IMG/VR virus record: IMGVR_UViG_3300028897_000328 | Coordinates: 1-46,595 of that record | Strand: one strand, 5' to 3' | Source: a virus | Lineage: Duplodnaviria; Caudoviricetes | DNA length: 46,595 bases | In this document: positions 42,642-46,595 of the stretch, in pieces | How the letters are laid out: every line of letters starts with the position of its first letter | Numbering within the stretch: the first letter of the stretch is position 1 | Program-made: the position numbers and the translations under genes | Notes under the pieces: generated by a model | Seen by the model: the letters and a program-made list of their open reading frames with translations, nothing else | Databases searched by the model: none | Told to the model about the DNA's origin: nothing

Positions 42642-44230
42642 TGACTTTTACTGAAGAGATCGGAAGAAGAGATCAGAAAAAAGAATTTTTAAAATGTTCT
42701 GATGATTATAAATATTTCCTGAATGAGTATGGATGGATTTTAGGAAAAGATGAGGCAGGAAAAGAAACGGGTAAAATTCCGTTTAAATTATTTAAGTATC
42801 AATTAGAAACTTTAGATCTACTTCATACCGAGGAAATGTCGATCATTTTAAAAGCTCGACAACTTGGTATTTCATGGACGGCGGCTGGGTATGCACTTTG
42901 GTTGGCCATGTTTCATAAATACCAACGTATTTTAATTATTTCGGTAAACGAAGTAGAAGCTCAAGTGTTTTTAGAGAAAGTCAAATTTATTTTTGATAAT
43001 CTTCCAGATTGGATGAAACCTGAAGTTTTTAAGCGTAATGAAAAGACGTTATGGTTTGGGATTTCGGTAGCACATGATTCGGATGAAGTTCGCGGTTTAA
43101 ATTCCAAGATTGATGCCATACCGTCTAGTAAAAGTGCAGGGACTTCGCGCTCTTTGAACTTGCTGATTCTTGATGAAGCCGCGAAAATTGAATATGTCCG
43201 AACCATTTGGAAATCGGCAGTACCAGCGTTGGCCGCTACGGAAGGCCATGCAATTTTAATTTCGACAGCAAATTTAGAGCCCGTAGGTGATTTCTTCGAG
43301 GAAGTTTATCACGAAGCAAAAGCCAAAAAGAATAATTTTATTCCAAAGTTTATTCCGTACAATGCTTTTCCTGGTCGTAATGAGGAGTGGTTGGCTAAAA
43401 AGATGAAAGACATGCCAGCCTCAGAACGGGCTAGATTGCGGCAAGAGCATCCTCGAACCGAAGAAGAAGCATTTCAGGCTATGGGAGGTAAGTATTTCGA
43501 TGAGGATGCCGTAGCTTGGCAAAAACAAAATTGCCTAGAGGAACCAAAATTTAAAGGTTATTTAGTTGAGAAAGATGGAAATTTTGATCTTCGAGAATCT
43601 AAAGAAGGATTTTTAGAGATTTTTGAATTTCCTGAGTCGAATGAGGAATATGTTCAAGGTGGTGATTCGGCTGAAGGTATTGAGCAAGATTGGTCTGGAT
43701 CGGTGTGGGTTAGAAAGCGGGACGAAAAAGTTTGTGCTATATGGCACTCGGATATTACACCACCCGACGAGATGGCAAGAGAACTGGATAAGATTAATCG
43801 TTTTTATAATTATGCTTTAGCCGCCAACGAAGTCAATAATAATCATGGCGGTATGTGTAATATTATTTTAAAAGATTTATATTGGAATATGTACTATCAC
43901 GACATTGTAGATCGAGATAGCGGATCACCGACAAAGCGTTGGGGTTGGTTGACAACAGGGCAGAATCGTCAATGGATTTTAGATTATTTGGATCTTCGGT
44001 TACGATCTAGGGTAGTTCAATTATCGTCCGAAAAACTTTATCAAGAAATTTTTGATTATATTGTTGATCCACGAACAGGTCGAGGAGATCATAAAAAGGG
44101 AAAACATGATGATCTTTTAATTGCCTTGGCTATTGCCTTATGGGTCATACGCGAAAATCCGTATGTTAAGCCAAAAACCCAGCAACAGAAAAAGCAAGCT
44201 AAATCCAAAAGACCGAAGGGTGGCTATTAA
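42641..44230 (+). CDS. terL: Terminase large subunit
   Basis: ILKARQLGIS, LILDEAA, LIST, GGDSAEG, NEVNN, HDDLLIALAIA. Confidence 0.95.
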   Translation: MTFTEEIGRRDQKKEFLKCSDDYKYFLNEYGWILGKDEAGKETGKIPFKLFKYQLETLDLLHTEEMSIILKARQLGISWTAAGYALWLAMFHKYQRILIISVNEVEAQVFLEKVKFIFDNLPDWMKPEVFKRNEKTLWFGISVAHDSDEVRGLNSKIDAIPSSKSAGTSRSLNLLILDEAAKIEYVRTIWKSAVPALAATEGHAILISTANLEPVGDFFEEVYHEAKAKKNNFIPKFIPYNAFPGRNEEWLAKKMKDMPASERARLRQEHPRTEEEAFQAMGGKYFDEDAVAWQKQNCLEEPKFKGYLVEKDGNFDLRESKEGFLEIFEFPESNEEYVQGGDSAEGIEQDWSGSVWVRKRDEKVCAIWHSDITPPDEMARELDKINRFYNYALAANEVNNNHGGMCNIILKDLYWNMYYHDIVDRDSGSPTKRWGWLTTGQNRQWILDYLDLRLRSRVVQLSSEKLYQEIFDYIVDPRTGRGDHKKGKHDDLLIALAIALWVIRENPYVKPKTQQQKKQAKSKRPKGGY

Positions 44231-46374
44231 TGGCTAAGAAAATTGATTTAACGACAACGACAAAAAACGAGAAGAAGTTCAAGGCGGCCAGTAAGCCAAA
44301 AGGAATTAAAGAAGTTAAATCTTTGGCTCACGACGAGGACCAGAGTTTGCTTGAACTACACGAAGAATTGTGGGATTTAGAGTTAGATGTGGCAACTCAG
44401 GAGCGTCTAGTCCGTGAGGCTGAGCATTTAGTTGATTCATACGAAAAAGATGGGGAAACAGTTGAGTGGCATCATAATTTAATTGAATGGGACCATCAGT
44501 ATGAAGGGATTTTACCTCCGAAAGATTATCCTTGGGAGGGTTGCGCGAATTATCACGTTCCCATCACCGAAATGAACGTGAACGCTTATTATGCTAGGAT
44601 TATTCGTCGTTTTCGAGGAATGGATTATTTGCGAGTCAAGGCATATAAAGAAATTCAAGAACGGGCAATTTTAACTCAACGCTATTTAAGATATCTTTTT
44701 CTTAAGAAACTTCAATGGGTTGATCTTGGAATGACTACATTTCGTGATATTATTAAATTTGGAACAGGGGTATACTGTACTACATTTACCTTTGAAGAAC
44801 GGAAAAAACGAGTTGTTGTTCCTAAAATCAAAATTAAGAAAACTAAAGATCCCATTACAGGAGCCGAAATCCCCGAAGAAGAATTGTACTACGCGATTGA
44901 AGAACACATTTATTATGAAATGGCTCCGAAAGTCGAATGGGTATCTCTTTTTGATTATTTCCGTTCTAATGATTCGGATAGATTTGCAACACCAGTATGG
45001 GAAGCCCGAAGGATTTGGAAATCGGCTGTTGATCTTTGGAAGCTGGGAAATGAAGAAGAATATGATCCAGATAATGTCAAAGATATTTTGATGAAAGATT
45101 TGGATAAACTGAATGAAAGTATTTCAATCAATGAAAAAAGAAAAGGAGTTGAGTATCTACCTGAACGTGAGTTGATCGAATTTTGGGGTTGGATGAGGCT
45201 TACAGATGATCCATTAGCGGAGCCTCAACGGATTGTTTTAACCTATGATCGTAAATCAAAGAAATTTTTAAGAGCAATTCGATTTCCTTACTTTTTTGAT
45301 GAGTCTAACTTTACTATTATTAATTTTGAACGGCGGGCTAATACCTGGCGTGGCCGAGGAATTTGTGAAAAACTTGAGCATCTAAATGCTGAATTAGACA
45401 AGCTTCATAACATTCATATTGATTCGTCAGCTTTAGTGGCTTCTAAAAGTTTTAAGAAAAAACGTGGGGCTGATACGAACTTTTTATTGACAGACTTTTA
45501 TCCAGGTGTTGTGTGGACTGTTAATCGAATGGATGATATTGAGGTTATGGAATTAGGGAGTACACCAGTTTCAGTTTTAAATGAGATGAACGCTTTGACG
45601 AATCTTGGTGAGAGGCAAACTGGTATCGGGTCATTACAGATGGGTCAAGAATCTGGTGCTGTCTCCCAGCCAACCGCCTCAGGGCAGTTAGCTGTCCTTC
45701 AAGAAGGAAATGTTTTGTCGGATGAGATCTCTAAAGAGTTCTCAGAGGGGACCATCAGAATCGCTAGACAAGTTCTGTCTATGCTCAGAGAGTTTCGTCC
45801 TGAAGATGAAATTCTGGAAGTTGAAGACCCTAAAGATGCAGAACTAATTATTCAAAAACCAATTGACGTAGAACAATTAATTGAAGATCCTGAATTGATC
45901 GTCGTAGATCGGTCAGTTTTAGAGGAGACAGAGTTTAAAAATCGCGCTCTCGAAGTTTATAATATTGTTATCAATGATTCGGTAATGCGAGAAATCCCAA
46001 GAATTCGTTTAGGCGCGATCCGAAATGTGGTCACGGCTTATAAAGTTTTAGATGACGATTTGATGTTGCCAACCGAAGAAGAAGTTGCGGCAATTATGCA
46101 ACGTATTTCTGAACAAGCTCAGATCCAGATTTTGCAGGAAACGATTGCCAAAGGCCAATTAACTCTTCAAGCGGCTCAGATTCAGGCACAAACACGGCAA
46201 TTTCAAGCTCAAATGCAAGCGCAAATGCAAGCTCAAGAAGGTGCGGCTACCAGACAACAACAAGCCGCTGAAAATGAGCGAGATCGTCAATTGCAATTGG
46301 AATTACAGGCAAGAGAACAAGAAGGGCAAGTTGTTCAGCAATCTCTTCAACAACCTCCTGCTGGCACTCAATAA
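44230..46374 (+). CDS. Portal protein (P22-like podovirus type)
   Basis: PWEGCAN, KFGTG, WRGRGI, TASG motifs; Gln-rich C-terminal helix; between terL and scaffold. Confidence 0.9.
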   Translation: MAKKIDLTTTTKNEKKFKAASKPKGIKEVKSLAHDEDQSLLELHEELWDLELDVATQERLVREAEHLVDSYEKDGETVEWHHNLIEWDHQYEGILPPKDYPWEGCANYHVPITEMNVNAYYARIIRRFRGMDYLRVKAYKEIQERAILTQRYLRYLFLKKLQWVDLGMTTFRDIIKFGTGVYCTTFTFEERKKRVVVPKIKIKKTKDPITGAEIPEEELYYAIEEHIYYEMAPKVEWVSLFDYFRSNDSDRFATPVWEARRIWKSAVDLWKLGNEEEYDPDNVKDILMKDLDKLNESISINEKRKGVEYLPERELIEFWGWMRLTDDPLAEPQRIVLTYDRKSKKFLRAIRFPYFFDESNFTIINFERRANTWRGRGICEKLEHLNAELDKLHNIHIDSSALVASKSFKKKRGADTNFLLTDFYPGVVWTVNRMDDIEVMELGSTPVSVLNEMNALTNLGERQTGIGSLQMGQESGAVSQPTASGQLAVLQEGNVLSDEISKEFSEGTIRIARQVLSMLREFRPEDEILEVEDPKDAELIIQKPIDVEQLIEDPELIVVDRSVLEETEFKNRALEVYNIVINDSVMREIPRIRLGAIRNVVTAYKVLDDDLMLPTEEEVAAIMQRISEQAQIQILQETIAKGQLTLQAAQIQAQTRQFQAQMQAQMQAQEGAATRQQQAAENERDRQLQLELQAREQEGQVVQQSLQQPPAGTQ

Positions 46375-46426
46375 TTAAATACGGAGTTCCCAGGATGAGG
46401 GGTTGTTACGAGGCTGATCAACAATT

Positions 46427-46489
46427 ATTATCGTAAGCATTTACTAAGGATTCCCCAGGTTTGGGCCCTTAGAAATAAACGGCGATAAT
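46427..46489 (+). promoter_or_regulatory. Extended hairpin just upstream of the scaffold RBS
   Basis: ATTATCGT/GCGATAAT, ATTT/AAAT, CTAAGG/CCTTAG and CCC/GGG stacked stems; GGAGG at 46496-46500. Confidence 0.55.
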
Positions 46490-46505
46490 TCAATTGGAGG
46501 TTAGA

Positions 46506-46595
46506 ATGGATTTGATTACTTGGTTGAGTAGGCTTGTATTGTTATTTGATGATAAAGAAGAGGGGATTTTTAAAAGTAAAGAGGACGGACTTCCT
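46506..46595 (+). CDS. Scaffolding protein, first 30 codons (continues at base 15)
   Basis: GGAGG RBS; MDLITWLSRLVLLFDDKEEGIFKSKEDGLP runs in frame into the window start. Confidence 0.85.
   Translation, partial: MDLITWLSRLVLLFDDKEEGIFKSKEDGLP
46582..46595 (+). repeat. 14-nt terminal direct repeat (right copy)
   Basis: Identical to bases 1-14. Confidence 0.9.

Overview
The window appears to be a complete, circularly permuted genome (about 46.6 kb) of a tailed, podovirus-like bacteriophage. Bases 1-14 repeat exactly at 46582-46595, and joining the ends restores one in-frame scaffolding-protein gene. The + strand arm (40.3 kb through the join to 21 kb) carries the late genes: small and large terminase, portal, scaffold, N4-gp56/DUF4043-like capsid, decoration/fibre genes, adaptor, a split and heavily decorated nozzle, ejection proteins and a permuted NlpC/P60 enzyme. 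The - strand arm (39.5 to 21 kb) carries early and replication genes: small early ORFs, a pentapeptide-repeat protein, Cas4-like nuclease, PARP-type zinc finger, SSB, primase-helicase, sigma-like factor, family A DNA polymerase, RNase H-like exonuclease, NDT-like and DUF5664-like enzymes and an RNA ligase-like protein. I saw no integrase, repressor, RNA polymerase, tape measure, reverse transcriptase, CRISPR array or canonical endolysin. The most unusual features are five late-module proteins with apparent Sec signal peptides, a shared hydrophobic N-terminal leader (MD-x3-W-x3-L...FDD) on scaffold and capsid, nested domain insertions in two virion proteins, a tRNA-like structured RNA candidate, cassette-like gene-boundary repeats, apparent GCWGC avoidance and a GGCC/CCWGG-dense early region. 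All family assignments are by motif recognition and synteny; no searches were run.
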